A stretch of DNA of 64,000 nucleotides from a virus (IMGVR_UViG_3300023202_000061); one strand, 5' to 3'. Counted from the stretch's first letter, positions 8,748 to 18,921 are shown. Notes: generated by a model from the sequence alone, not told the origin. Program-made: numbers and translations.

Positions 8748-10187
8748 AGAAACGTAATTAATAGAATCGAGGATATTCCTAACAACCACTGTCTGAGAAC
8801 AGACAGCTACAAACTATCTCACTGGGTTCAGTACCCAGAAGGAACCACCAGAATGATGAGCTACTTCGAATCCAGAGGCGGCCCATTCAAAGAGTGCACG
8901 CTCTTTGGTCTACAATACCTCTTACATAAGTACCTTGCTATTCCTGTTACCAAGGAAAGTGTAGATTACACAGAGAGGTTTGCACAAGCTCATGGAGAGC
9001 CTTTCAATCGTGCTGGCTGGGATCACATCCTTAATAAGTACAATGGTAGGCTTCCTGTAAAGATCAGAGCTATCAAAGAGGGAACTATTGTTCCTGTTCA
9101 GAATGTTCTGCTTACCATCGAATGTGATGATCCTGAGTGCTTCTGGATTGTGAGTTATCTAGAGACTATGCTTGTTCGTCTGTGGTACTCTAGCACGATT
9201 GCTACCACATCTCGTGAAAGCAAGAAGATTATCACGAAGTACTGGAAGATGACATCGGACGAACCTATCGAGAGCTTGCTGTTCAAGTTGCACGACTTTG
9301 GTGCTCGTGGCGTTACATCGGAAGAGCAGGCTCGCCTCGGCGGCGCAGCTCACCTTTTGAGCTTCCTTGGCTCTGACACCATGGAAGGTATCGAGATGGC
9401 TAATCATTACTACCGCTGTGCAATGGCTGGGTTTTCTATCCCGGCCAGTGAACACAGCACGGTTAGCATGTGGGGACGTTATGGTGAATTCAAGATGTAC
9501 GACAACTATGTTGATCAGTACCTCACCAAGCGTGAAGTACCAGAAGGTGTACCTAAGCTTGCAGCTTGTGTAAGTGATACATACAACATCTACGAGGCTG
9601 TGAAGTACTGGTGCAGCCCAGAGGTGGTGAAAAAACTCAAGGAAAGCGGAGGAACGCTTGTTATCAGGCCTGACTCTGGTGACCCGCTTGAGGTTCTTCC
9701 TAAGATTTTCCGCATCTTGGAGAAGGCTCTGGCTGATGAGGTAAAGGTGAACTCTAAAGGTTTCAAGGTACTACCTCCTTACATCAGAGTCATCCAGGGT
9801 GACGGAATCGATATGCAATCAATGGAAGAGATCATCAAGACTCTTACTGGATTGAAATGGAGTATTGATAACATCGCGTTTGGTAGTGGTGGCGGATTGC
9901 TTCAGAAGGTCAATCGAGACACTCAGAAATGGGCGTTCAAATGCTGTGCAGCAATGGTTGATGGTAAGTGGGTTGATGTCCGTAAGGACCCAATCACCGA
10001 TCCTGGTAAGCAAAGCAAAGCTGGTCGTTTGGATCTCATCTGTGAAAGTGATGTCTTTAGAACTGTCGCTCTTGAAGAAGGTCAAGATGAGCACCCCGAC
10101 AGCGTGCTTGTGACTGTTTTTGAAAACGGAGACATCCTATTCGACACCACTTTTGACGAATGCAGAGCACGAATGGAGGCAGCATGA
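8745..10187 (+). CDS. nadV: nicotinamide phosphoribosyltransferase (NAMPT/NadV)
   Basis: 480 aa; DSYKLSHWVQYPEGTT and NAMPT-like architecture throughout. Confidence 0.9.
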   Translation: MRNVINRIEDIPNNHCLRTDSYKLSHWVQYPEGTTRMMSYFESRGGPFKECTLFGLQYLLHKYLAIPVTKESVDYTERFAQAHGEPFNRAGWDHILNKYNGRLPVKIRAIKEGTIVPVQNVLLTIECDDPECFWIVSYLETMLVRLWYSSTIATTSRESKKIITKYWKMTSDEPIESLLFKLHDFGARGVTSEEQARLGGAAHLLSFLGSDTMEGIEMANHYYRCAMAGFSIPASEHSTVSMWGRYGEFKMYDNYVDQYLTKREVPEGVPKLAACVSDTYNIYEAVKYWCSPEVVKKLKESGGTLVIRPDSGDPLEVLPKIFRILEKALADEVKVNSKGFKVLPPYIRVIQGDGIDMQSMEEIIKTLTGLKWSIDNIAFGSGGGLLQKVNRDTQKWAFKCCAAMVDGKWVDVRKDPITDPGKQSKAGRLDLICESDVFRTVALEEGQDEHPDSVLVTVFENGDILFDTTFDECRARMEAA

Positions 10188-10543
10188 AACTCTATAGAAT
10201 TGAACACTCACAATCTGGTGACGGAATGTGGACAAAGAAGTTCGATGGTGATAAGTTGGTGCTTCATCACCTGAGCGATCCGCGTCTGGTTCAGCTCCCC
10301 ATGCCCAAATCGGAAACTTTTAGGCTTAACGGTAAGATTTGGAAGACATCTGTATCTTCCATTGAAGACCTCGGCTCTTGGTTTTCAAAGCAAGATATCA
10401 TTGAAATGGTTGATTTTGGATTTCGGCTAAAGGAGTTCCAATCAGGAGAGGTTCAGGTACAAGAGATGCAAGTACTATTCGTTGAATCTTCGATGAAGGA
10501 TATCCAAGATATTACAGATGACTTTTTAAAGTCAAAAGGATAA
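10160..10543 (+). CDS. hypothetical protein
   Basis: 127-aa ORF. Confidence 0.45.
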   Translation: MQSTNGGSMKLYRIEHSQSGDGMWTKKFDGDKLVLHHLSDPRLVQLPMPKSETFRLNGKIWKTSVSSIEDLGSWFSKQDIIEMVDFGFRLKEFQSGEVQVQEMQVLFVESSMKDIQDITDDFLKSKG

Positions 10544-10809
10544 TGATGAAAACAATAGCTAAGATAGTTGTAAAGGCCAGTGAACTTCATGAGAATGGGT
10601 TTCTCAAGCCTAAGCTCGAATGTCTTAGCAAACACATGGTACTGGGCTCTTGGTTTGGCTGGAATGTGTGCATCACACGAGCTGTACCGGAGCCCAGACC
10701 GGCACCTTCCGAAGAAGAACAAGATGAGATGGAAGAGTTGGCGGTTGCCAATGGAATTCCTCTTACCAAGGAAGACAGAGAATGGCTGAAGGTTCCAAAG
10801 GAAAGCTGA
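10543..10809 (+). CDS. hypothetical acidic protein
   Basis: 88-aa ORF, ATGA overlap with upstream gene. Confidence 0.4.
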   Translation: MMKTIAKIVVKASELHENGFLKPKLECLSKHMVLGSWFGWNVCITRAVPEPRPAPSEEEQDEMEELAVANGIPLTKEDREWLKVPKES

Positions 10810-12059
10810 GTAGAGTAGCTCAGCTTAAGGATAAATATCCTGACCAAGCTGATAGCGCATTAGATATTGCCGATCCAAAGCACAAGAACAAATATCTTCT
10901 TTGGATTGGTAAACAGCTTCATAATGGCCACAACAGGCCAGATATCACTGCTACGATCAGGGAGTTTCACAAACAACCATCAAAGTTTGAACACTCTGAT
11001 ATTTACAGATATGAAGATCTGAAAACTCTTGAGGATGAAATCAAGAATCTTGACAAATCCAGGCGTCAAAAAGAAAAAGACATCAAGGATATCTTCACCA
11101 AGGTCATTCATGATAATGATGATTATCTTTTGATTCGTGTAGATTCAAAAGACGCCATTCTATATTATGGGAAGGGCTCTCAGTGGTGTATTACAATGAA
11201 TGACTCTACCTACTGGGAAGATTATCATTGGGATGGAAATATATTCTATGTTCTTATACACAAGAAAAGTAACTCCAAACATGCAATTCAAAGAACATCA
11301 GCTTTGGGTGCGGTTATGTGGGATGTGCACGATAGGAGCCAAGATCTTCATAAGTGGGTAACTCAATCTACGTCTCGCAAAAACGGTTTGGAACATATTG
11401 TTTTGAAGCTTTATCAAGATGATATGCCAACAACCTGGACTGATATTAGGACTGGTAAAAGTAAGAGAGTTGATGTTGTTGAGTGGTTGAAAACCCAACA
11501 CAAAAGCACAAGACAGTTCATTTACAAAAAACACCCGTATCTAACCATTGATACCTCAAACGCAAACCCTCTCAAGAACATGTCAAATCTGAAAGAGAAG
11601 GAGTTGAGAGATCTAAATGATGAAGACCCTTCATTTCTTCCAAGGGTCATTGAGGCCCTTAAGGAGAATAAGAGAGAGTATTCAAAGCTTCGCATTGAGG
11701 TTGGGAATGTTTTTCCAGATGCAAGAAAAGATATCTATACTGAGCTTCAGCTGTTTGATCTTAAAGCATCTGAAAATCCTGACATGTGGGTTTCACTCAT
11801 CTTTAGTGATGATCAGCAAAAATGGCAGAAAGCTGTTCGAAAAGCTCCCCTAGATGTGCTGCTTTTATCTCTTGGTCGAGTTCGCGATATATCGAAAGTT
11901 ATCCGTATCAAAGAACGAATCTTTGCCGAGGTGAATCAGACCGAACTTCTCAAATGGGTTGGGAAGATTTGCGGAGATCACGACATCAAGATTCCAAGTG
12001 AATTATGGGAGAATAAGTATGAAAATCGTAAAGGAAGGAGAGCCAGAACTCGTAGATAA
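10782..12059 (+). CDS. hypothetical protein
   Basis: 425-aa ORF. Confidence 0.5.
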   Translation: MAEGSKGKLSRVAQLKDKYPDQADSALDIADPKHKNKYLLWIGKQLHNGHNRPDITATIREFHKQPSKFEHSDIYRYEDLKTLEDEIKNLDKSRRQKEKDIKDIFTKVIHDNDDYLLIRVDSKDAILYYGKGSQWCITMNDSTYWEDYHWDGNIFYVLIHKKSNSKHAIQRTSALGAVMWDVHDRSQDLHKWVTQSTSRKNGLEHIVLKLYQDDMPTTWTDIRTGKSKRVDVVEWLKTQHKSTRQFIYKKHPYLTIDTSNANPLKNMSNLKEKELRDLNDEDPSFLPRVIEALKENKREYSKLRIEVGNVFPDARKDIYTELQLFDLKASENPDMWVSLIFSDDQQKWQKAVRKAPLDVLLLSLGRVRDISKVIRIKERIFAEVNQTELLKWVGKICGDHDIKIPSELWENKYENRKGRRARTRR

Positions 12060-12420
12060 GATTAAGACTGAACGCCAAGAGCAGCTAGAGCCCCTCATTA
12101 AGTGTGAGGGTTGCGACGCTGAGTTTCGCATAATAGCTGGAGACTGTAGGTCTTGGTCAAAGTTTAGTCCATATCAAAGCACTACAACCTCTACAATTCT
12201 TCCCACAATTGCGTATGTAGATTGTCCGTGTTGTGAATCTGAGCTTTCTATCTCTGGAAGTCAGATTCCATCTGATTTTGTTACTTACCCAATAATTACT
12301 ATCAATGGTGACAATAAAAAACCTTTTCAACCTTTTCAACCACTGGATAATCAATGGGCACCTCCCTACACAATTACAACAACCACATCAAATGGTGTAA
12401 CTGACAGATTTACCAAGTGA
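12019..12420 (+). CDS. hypothetical Zn-ribbon protein (CEGC...CPCC)
   Basis: ATG at 12019 inside track ORF 11959..12420. Confidence 0.4.
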   Translation: MKIVKEGEPELVDKIKTERQEQLEPLIKCEGCDAEFRIIAGDCRSWSKFSPYQSTTTSTILPTIAYVDCPCCESELSISGSQIPSDFVTYPIITINGDNKKPFQPFQPLDNQWAPPYTITTTTSNGVTDRFTK

Positions 12421-12743
12421 TCATTCCCAGACATCCTAAAAGATCTCCCACACAAAAAGAGCTTTTTATTATGATGCTAGCAGAGAAGGAGATTAAAGAA
12501 GAACTTCTTCCCATGCCTCTTTTTGTATGGTCGCCGGGAGATATTCAGAAAAAGAACTACGAGCGAATTGATTCTTTGAAAAGAATCATAGTTCGACCAG
12601 TTGCTTTGTATGATATTACAATGGCAAATTACCTTTGGGATGCTCCGGCATCAACAGCCTTAATTGGGCGTGGATTTGCTCTGCGTTTGCAGTGGTTGTT
12701 ACAGGTAATAGCAATCATCGTAATTTTGAAGGTACTAATGTGA
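12417..12743 (+). CDS. hypothetical protein
   Basis: 108-aa ORF. Confidence 0.4.
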   Translation: MIIPRHPKRSPTQKELFIMMLAEKEIKEELLPMPLFVWSPGDIQKKNYERIDSLKRIIVRPVALYDITMANYLWDAPASTALIGRGFALRLQWLLQVIAIIVILKVLM

Positions 12744-12834
12744 TGGATAAGTTTTCAGATGTTTTGAAGCAGGTCAAGGAACGTCCTGGCATGTTTGGGA
12801 TGAAGCCATTTTGCCATTAAGATAGTAGAGGAAA

Positions 12835-13464
12835 GTGAAAGAAATGGCGATTGAACCAAACCCATATGATTCAGATGCTTTAGTGGCTGCTAGAGCCTCT
12901 CAAGATGACCCAATCAAACAATACATCATTGTAAGGCGTGATGTTGGTATGTCCTGGCCTAAGGCGCTGGCCCAGGTTGGACATGGTATTGCTATGTTTG
13001 ATGAGGGGTATAACAAACTCCGTGAAAGGTTCAAATCATTCGGACCTCATGGTGGAGATCGTTTTTTAAAGAAAGAGATCACTGACAAGTGGAGAGAAGA
13101 ATCTTTTCGTAAAATTACTTTAGCTGGTAAGACGAAAGATTTCGAGAAGATCAAGAACGATCCTAATCTTAGTGTATTCCTTGTTGTTGATGCTGGCCTT
13201 ACAGAGCTGGAGCCTGGCACTGAAACTGTCATGGTTACTTGGCCAATGCGTGAGTCTAATACGCCCAAAGTAATCAAAAGATTACGAGCGCTTCAAACAG
13301 AACACTTGCTGAAAAAAGAAGAAAAACGTCAAGAGTTCATAAATCTGGTGTCCAACACAGAGCCGACTGATGAGTCAAATATACTTCCTCCTATAGATTT
13401 TAAGAAATCAGATGACAGCACACACGATACCGAAACTGAACCTGGTAAAAAAGAAGAAAAGTAA
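12835..13464 (+). CDS. peptidyl-tRNA hydrolase, PTH2 family
   Basis: QYIIVRRDVGMSWPKALAQVGHGIAMF and VFLVVDAGLTELEPGTETVMV match the PTH2 core motifs. Confidence 0.75.
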   Translation: MKEMAIEPNPYDSDALVAARASQDDPIKQYIIVRRDVGMSWPKALAQVGHGIAMFDEGYNKLRERFKSFGPHGGDRFLKKEITDKWREESFRKITLAGKTKDFEKIKNDPNLSVFLVVDAGLTELEPGTETVMVTWPMRESNTPKVIKRLRALQTEHLLKKEEKRQEFINLVSNTEPTDESNILPPIDFKKSDDSTHDTETEPGKKEEK

Positions 13465-13474
13465 TATCGGACCT

Positions 13475-14347
13475 ATGATGGCAATTGCCATCAAGATTGG
13501 ATCTTCATTACTTAAGGTTTCTAAAAGCTTGAAGTTCCTTCTGGCTGCGGGATCTTTTGCGTCTTATTCTTTCCTGTTTACCTGGAAGTTTGCCATTCTT
13601 TTAATGTTTGGTGTAGGCATTCATGAAATGGGTCATGTATATGCAATGAGAAGGTGTGGAATGAAAACCAAAGGGTTTTATTTCATTCCTCTATTCGGTG
13701 GAGCAGCTGTTTCTGATGAGGAGTTTAGAACAGGAAAAGAGGAGATTTACATCGCACTGATGGGACCTGTGTTTGGTATTCTAACGATAGCCCTACCGCT
13801 CTTTATTTTTATGTTCACTGGTTCGCCGTTCTTTGCTGCAGCCGCATCCTGGCTGGCCATGGTAAATCTATTCAACCTCTTTCCGGTAAATCCACTAGAT
13901 GGAGGTCGTGTTGTAAAGTCACTTGCGTTTTCTCTACATAGCAATGTTGGTTACCTAATTATGCTTCTAGGTTTCTTTTTAGTACTTGCACTCTCTGTTC
14001 GGTTTGGATTTTCACTTCTTACTTTCATAGCCATTGTTGGACTTATAGAGGTTGGACCACTTGCTGTTTGGTGTTTGGCGTTTCCAACGTACCTAATAGC
14101 CGCTGCCCTTTCTAGACCTTTTACCAAAAACAACCCGCCCATAATGGAGGCCTGGTTTACTTGGGCTAACGAGATGATTACTAAATACCACGAAAAAACA
14201 GATAGTGAAAAATGGGATCTTAGTACTTTAGATAAAGCAAAATATAGTGTTTGGTATTTGGGAATGATTGCGCTTTTCATTACAATAATAGTGCTTTTGT
14301 CTCATATTCCTGGAGCAGATATATCTGAACAGTTTCTTAAGTCTTAG
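13475..14347 (+). CDS. M50-family (site-2 protease-like) membrane zinc metalloprotease
   Basis: HEMGH zinc motif and NLFPVNPLDGG second motif, multiple TM segments. Confidence 0.72.
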   Translation: MMAIAIKIGSSLLKVSKSLKFLLAAGSFASYSFLFTWKFAILLMFGVGIHEMGHVYAMRRCGMKTKGFYFIPLFGGAAVSDEEFRTGKEEIYIALMGPVFGILTIALPLFIFMFTGSPFFAAAASWLAMVNLFNLFPVNPLDGGRVVKSLAFSLHSNVGYLIMLLGFFLVLALSVRFGFSLLTFIAIVGLIEVGPLAVWCLAFPTYLIAAALSRPFTKNNPPIMEAWFTWANEMITKYHEKTDSEKWDLSTLDKAKYSVWYLGMIALFITIIVLLSHIPGADISEQFLKS

Positions 14348-14378
14348 TGTAATAGTTTCGCATACTTCCTGAGGTACT

Positions 14379-15683
14379 ATGCGGAAAAACTATGTACTTG
14401 ATACTAACGTTCTTATACACGATCCACAATCTATCTTCCAGTTCGATGACAATGACTTGTTCATTCCCATCTACGTACTAGAAGAGTTAGATAAGCTCAA
14501 AAACGAGCAATCCCTTCGAGGAAGGAACTCCCGAGAAGCCTGCCGCATCATTGATGACTTCAGGTCCGGAGGGTCCATTTGCGAGGGTGTCCAGGTAGGC
14601 GAAGGCACACTTAGAATATTCGTTCCCAAAGAACGCAAACGCCTAAGCGTTGCCCTTGATATGAACTCTATGGATAACGCCATTCTGCAAAGCGCTGTAG
14701 ATGTACGTGATACTTTCCCCGAGGTACGTACCATCCTTGTTACAATGGATGTGAACCTTCGTATTCGTGCGGAGTCCGTGGGCGTTCAAACGGCTGTTTA
14801 CGAGTCCTTATCAGTGGACCCGTCGCGCATGCCTTCTGGACAAACATCTATTGCAGTTGAAGGCGGGAGCATTGATCAAATGTTCAAGGTAGGTTTTGTT
14901 CACAGACCTGATGATGCTGAATTGTATGATAATCAGTGCGTTACTCTTGAAGAGGGAAACAAAACTGGTCTTGGAAGGTATAATAAAAAGTCCGACAAGA
15001 TTTGCAAACTGAACGTACCAAGGGAGGGTATCATGGGTATCCGTCCTCGAAACAAGGAGCAGCAGTTTGCACTGGACATGCTCCTGGATGACTCTGTAAA
15101 GCTTGTAACTTTGGTTGGTATGGCGGGTACCGGTAAAACACTGCTTGCTGTAGCTGCTGGAATTCAGAAAGCAGTTCATGAAGGCGAGTACTCACGCATT
15201 CTTATTTCACGTCCAGTTGTACCAATGGGTAAGGACTTAGGTTTCTTACCAGGAACATTAGAAGAAAAAATGGATCCATGGATGCAGCCCATCTATGACA
15301 ACCTAGACTTTCTCATGATGACTGGTGGTAAGAAGCGAACCAACGGCATGAACGTGGAACAGCTCTTTGACGAAGACTTGATTCGCGTTGAGCCTTTGAC
15401 CTATATTAGGGGCAGAACTTTACCGAACCAGTTTGTTATTATTGACGAATCCCAGAACCTATCTCCTCACGAGATTAAGACAATCATCACCCGATGTGGT
15501 GAAGGTTCCAAAATCGTCCTCACTGGTGATCCAGACCAAATCGACAACCCGTACATGGACAAGGGCTCTTCTGGCCTTTCCCTTGCAGTAGAGAAGCTAC
15601 GGGGGGATCCGCTTGTAGGACATCTGACTCTCTCCAAAGGAGAGCGTTCAGCATTGGCAAATTTGGCTGCAACTTGCCTCTAG
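14379..15683 (+). CDS. phoH: PhoH-like ATPase with N-terminal PIN domain
   Basis: PIN LDTNVLIHDP; Walker A GMAGTGKTLLAV; Walker B VIIDESQN. Confidence 0.88.
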   Translation: MRKNYVLDTNVLIHDPQSIFQFDDNDLFIPIYVLEELDKLKNEQSLRGRNSREACRIIDDFRSGGSICEGVQVGEGTLRIFVPKERKRLSVALDMNSMDNAILQSAVDVRDTFPEVRTILVTMDVNLRIRAESVGVQTAVYESLSVDPSRMPSGQTSIAVEGGSIDQMFKVGFVHRPDDAELYDNQCVTLEEGNKTGLGRYNKKSDKICKLNVPREGIMGIRPRNKEQQFALDMLLDDSVKLVTLVGMAGTGKTLLAVAAGIQKAVHEGEYSRILISRPVVPMGKDLGFLPGTLEEKMDPWMQPIYDNLDFLMMTGGKKRTNGMNVEQLFDEDLIRVEPLTYIRGRTLPNQFVIIDESQNLSPHEIKTIITRCGEGSKIVLTGDPDQIDNPYMDKGSSGLSLAVEKLRGDPLVGHLTLSKGERSALANLAATCL

Positions 15684-15716
15684 AGGGGGTTGTGAAAATT
15701 CTGCCAGTATGGTAGC

Positions 15717-15920
15717 GTGCACAAGGATATAGTGGGTCACATGACTTACGAATATAGTTGTAAAAGCTGTGATCATAAATGGGAGGAATCCCAAAAGATC
15801 ACTGAAGATCCAACCACAACATGTCCTGAGTGCAAAAAAGAAACAGCACAAAGGTTAATCTCCGGGGGAACTGGCCACATCTGCAAAGGACAGGGATGGT
15901 TCAATTCTGGCGGATACTGA
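15717..15920 (+). CDS. FmdB-like zinc-ribbon protein
   Basis: CKSCDHKW...CPECKK. Confidence 0.5.
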   Translation: MHKDIVGHMTYEYSCKSCDHKWEESQKITEDPTTTCPECKKETAQRLISGGTGHICKGQGWFNSGGY

Positions 15921-15931
15921 AAGACAAATAC

Positions 15932-16531
15932 ATGAAGATCAATCCCATCGAAGACAACCTCTCCAAAACCAACGCCCGCGCACTTCGAAAAGAGATCAAG
16001 GACATCACAGCAAAAAAGATCGAGATTGATCTTGACTTTTGCAAAAACATGTTCTACTCAAAAGTCTCTTATGTGGAGGTGGGCGGCGAAGCCATCCCCT
16101 TCTACGAATACTGCGATGCGAACTCTTGGAAAGAGTATGTCGAGCAAGAAGTCGGGATTACAATTGGAGCAGCACGTAAATATGCAAATGTGTACTCCAA
16201 GTACTGTGTGGAGCTGGAGTCTTTCAGTCCTAAAAAGCATGGTATCGATATCGAGAAGTTACACTTCTTGATTCGAATTGTTGACGACTCAAATCTGGAC
16301 TCACTCATCGAAACGGCTCGCACTGCAGACCTTGAAACTTTGCAGATGCTACTTGGTCCGGGAAGGAAGACCCCGATTATGTCGAGGACATTCCGGTTCG
16401 GAACTAAAAAAGAGGACAAAATCGTCAACAGAGCAATGAAGACTGCGAGCAAAGAATTCGGCAATGACCTCACGGATTCGCAACTCTTTGTTGCAATTTG
16501 CACAGAGTACCTAGAACATGCCCAAAACTAA
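15932..16531 (+). CDS. hypothetical protein
   Basis: ATG at 15932 inside track ORF 15830..16531. Confidence 0.5.
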   Translation: MKINPIEDNLSKTNARALRKEIKDITAKKIEIDLDFCKNMFYSKVSYVEVGGEAIPFYEYCDANSWKEYVEQEVGITIGAARKYANVYSKYCVELESFSPKKHGIDIEKLHFLIRIVDDSNLDSLIETARTADLETLQMLLGPGRKTPIMSRTFRFGTKKEDKIVNRAMKTASKEFGNDLTDSQLFVAICTEYLEHAQN

Positions 16532-17336
16532 GAAGGATTCGCTAGAGTCAATTTTTGGTATTATCTATGCGCTTCGTGGCCTTATGGGTCCGTGGCGCAA
16601 GATGGTAGCAAAGTCTTCATTTCTCAGTGATGATGAAGATATCCCCATGCACATTGCCAAGGCTCAGTTCATTCATTTGATGGACAATGATGAGTCGTTT
16701 CGCTCACATGTCGTTGAGTGGTGTTCCAAGATTTCCATTGATCTAATGGAGTCTGCAAAGTCTGTGGCAACCAGCCCAGTAAAGACACATGGCAAGATTC
16801 TTTTGTCTCAAGACCAGGCAAAATCTGTAAGATCTGGAACCGTCAAGAGCAGAGTACTTGAGGTGCTCGATTCTGCACCAAAGCCTTTGACTGTAGCTCA
16901 GATCATTAAAGAGGTTGGCTCCTCATACAAAACCGTTTATTCTTGTTTGACCATTCTTCATTCTGAAAAAGAAGCGAAGAAGGAAAAGAAAGATGGAAAT
17001 GTTATATGGAGAAAACGACGCAAGCCCGGTCGTAAGCCACAGTCAAAAGCTTTGGCAAAAGATCATCCCAATGTTCGCAGAAGGAAGAGGTCTGTCTCTG
17101 GCCCTCATACTGAGATTAGCGGTCACATCATGAACATCTTGTCCAACGGACCAATGACGATTGCTGACCTCCAGTCTTCGCTCAAAGGCAGAGACCAAAT
17201 TCGAACGCAGAACCCTTACCAAGAAATTTATGATCAAATGAATCGTCTGAAATCTTCTGGTAAAGTGCGCAAGTTCAAGAAAATCATCAACGAAAAAGAG
17301 CGAGTTGTTTGGGAGGCCATTTCACCGGCCAACTAA
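16518..17336 (+). CDS. hypothetical basic protein
   Basis: 272-aa ORF. Confidence 0.5.
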   Translation: MPKTKKDSLESIFGIIYALRGLMGPWRKMVAKSSFLSDDEDIPMHIAKAQFIHLMDNDESFRSHVVEWCSKISIDLMESAKSVATSPVKTHGKILLSQDQAKSVRSGTVKSRVLEVLDSAPKPLTVAQIIKEVGSSYKTVYSCLTILHSEKEAKKEKKDGNVIWRKRRKPGRKPQSKALAKDHPNVRRRKRSVSGPHTEISGHIMNILSNGPMTIADLQSSLKGRDQIRTQNPYQEIYDQMNRLKSSGKVRKFKKIINEKERVVWEAISPAN

Positions 17337-17379
17337 TCGATCCAATCTGATCCATAGATCCTCTCTTTCATCTATGGTT

Positions 17380-17420
17380 GATCGGGCTTGCTCTTCTCGG
17401 GCAAGCCCGATTGCATTTGT
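17380..17420 (+). terminator. hairpin GATCGGGCTTGC...GCAAGCCCGAT then TTGCATTTGT
   Basis: 11-bp perfect stem after gene end; weak U-tract. Confidence 0.4.
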
Positions 17421-17665
17421 AGTGCAACAAAAGCTTGTTCAAAGCTCACCCTCGGCTTCTGATGCATGTTCTGCGCAGATAATCTCTAGTGTATCAATAG
17501 CTGCAGGATGCCAACTTCTGGTAATAAGCGTTGTCATCTCACTCTCTAAAGAAGGATCATCACAACACCTAAGAACTGCGAGACAAGCCCTGAAGATAGA
17601 GCCATTTCCTGAGGCCTCTGCGTTTCTCTCAAGGATTTCAACAATTCCTGGTCTAAACAGAATAT

Positions 17666-18259
17666 TTGACTTCTTGTGGAACATACTCAATAATGCAACA
17701 TTATTGTATGCGCCGCCTAAGTGTTCTCGATGCTGCAAATGCTTTCTATAAAGCAGCTGTAGACCCAGTATCAACAGATGATAAGTACAATCAAATTGTA
17801 CATTTTGCAGGAGTTCTTGCAAACCCAAGACCTATTACTGCCTTTTCTGGTAACCTGAATTCTCTCAATGGTGGCCTTGCCAAGACATTAGAGGACAGAG
17901 TCAAATCTTGGTATACAGCGGAAGGGTCTAGAGAGTGGCCAATTGCTAGCGCTGATGCAAAACAAAAAGCAACAGCATTCTTTGAAGACTCAAAGCTTTT
18001 CTATTCTTCTTTAGCTCAGAAGAAAGATTATGCATCTATTCTGAATGACTTTACCAGAGTAAGACAGCATTGGGATAACTTCAAAAGAGATTACTTTACC
18101 AGGGAATTTTTGGATATTGAACTTCAACAGAAGAACAACCCTAATTACAATTTCTGGAGGGACTTGCGAAAGTATCTAGATGATGCTATTGGCTCGCTTG
18201 AGGCATTGATCAAGCAAGGACAAGCTGCTGCAAATGATCCTACTCAACAAGGGAATTAG
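17666..18259 (+). CDS. hypothetical protein
   Basis: 197-aa ORF. Confidence 0.45.
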   Translation: MTSCGTYSIMQHYCMRRLSVLDAANAFYKAAVDPVSTDDKYNQIVHFAGVLANPRPITAFSGNLNSLNGGLAKTLEDRVKSWYTAEGSREWPIASADAKQKATAFFEDSKLFYSSLAQKKDYASILNDFTRVRQHWDNFKRDYFTREFLDIELQQKNNPNYNFWRDLRKYLDDAIGSLEALIKQGQAAANDPTQQGN

Positions 18260-18264
18260 TCAGG

Positions 18265-18921
18265 TTAAGCTCTAACAGGTCTGCAATCTAAAAGAGGTAT
18301 ACAACCATCCTCGTCACATTGGTAAGAACCGCATAGAGAGTGTTCAGATGTTGGTCCGCAATTAGATCCACACCCAATACAGCCTCCAGAATTGTACTGA
18401 TTGTACGGATGATTTTCTGCAGGGAAGTTTGGGTCGTAAGTGGCTGGATAGTACGGAGAGGTTCCACAGTATCCATCATTAGGTGTATGGCAAGAGCAAC
18501 CGCAGGAAGGGCCACAGGCAGTTCTACAAGACCTGTCTAGTACTGTGTGGTAGATGCAGAGTGCTCCCCAGTAGATGTCTTTCATAAGATACGTCTGACC
18601 TGGAGGTCCAAAACAATTCTTTGTCACAGAGATCATTCCGCTTTTGAGGAAGGTTATGATGTCCATCTCCTCTCTATTGGTACTATCTCTATGATCTCTC
18701 ACCACTAGTATTCTACGTCTTTGGGCCCGAATTGTAATAGGGTAATCAGGATCTGCAGCAAACCTGAGATCAAAGGTTTCACCTGAAATCACTTCATCTA
18801 TGTGTAGTTGAATGACCAACTGATTCTGAGTATTCTCAGTCAGGTCATTGTTGATCATGATGAGTGCACCTGGTAGAGCAATAGATCCGATAGCCATACT
18901 AGTATGGACGATGATGCCCAT
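18265..18921 (-). CDS. hypothetical protein with Cys-rich C-terminal region
   Basis: 218-aa minus-strand ORF; about 15 Cys in the last 80 aa. Confidence 0.45.
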   Translation of the reverse strand: MGIIVHTSMAIGSIALPGALIMINNDLTENTQNQLVIQLHIDEVISGETFDLRFAADPDYPITIRAQRRRILVVRDHRDSTNREEMDIITFLKSGMISVTKNCFGPPGQTYLMKDIYWGALCIYHTVLDRSCRTACGPSCGCSCHTPNDGYCGTSPYYPATYDPNFPAENHPYNQYNSGGCIGCGSNCGPTSEHSLCGSYQCDEDGCIPLLDCRPVRA

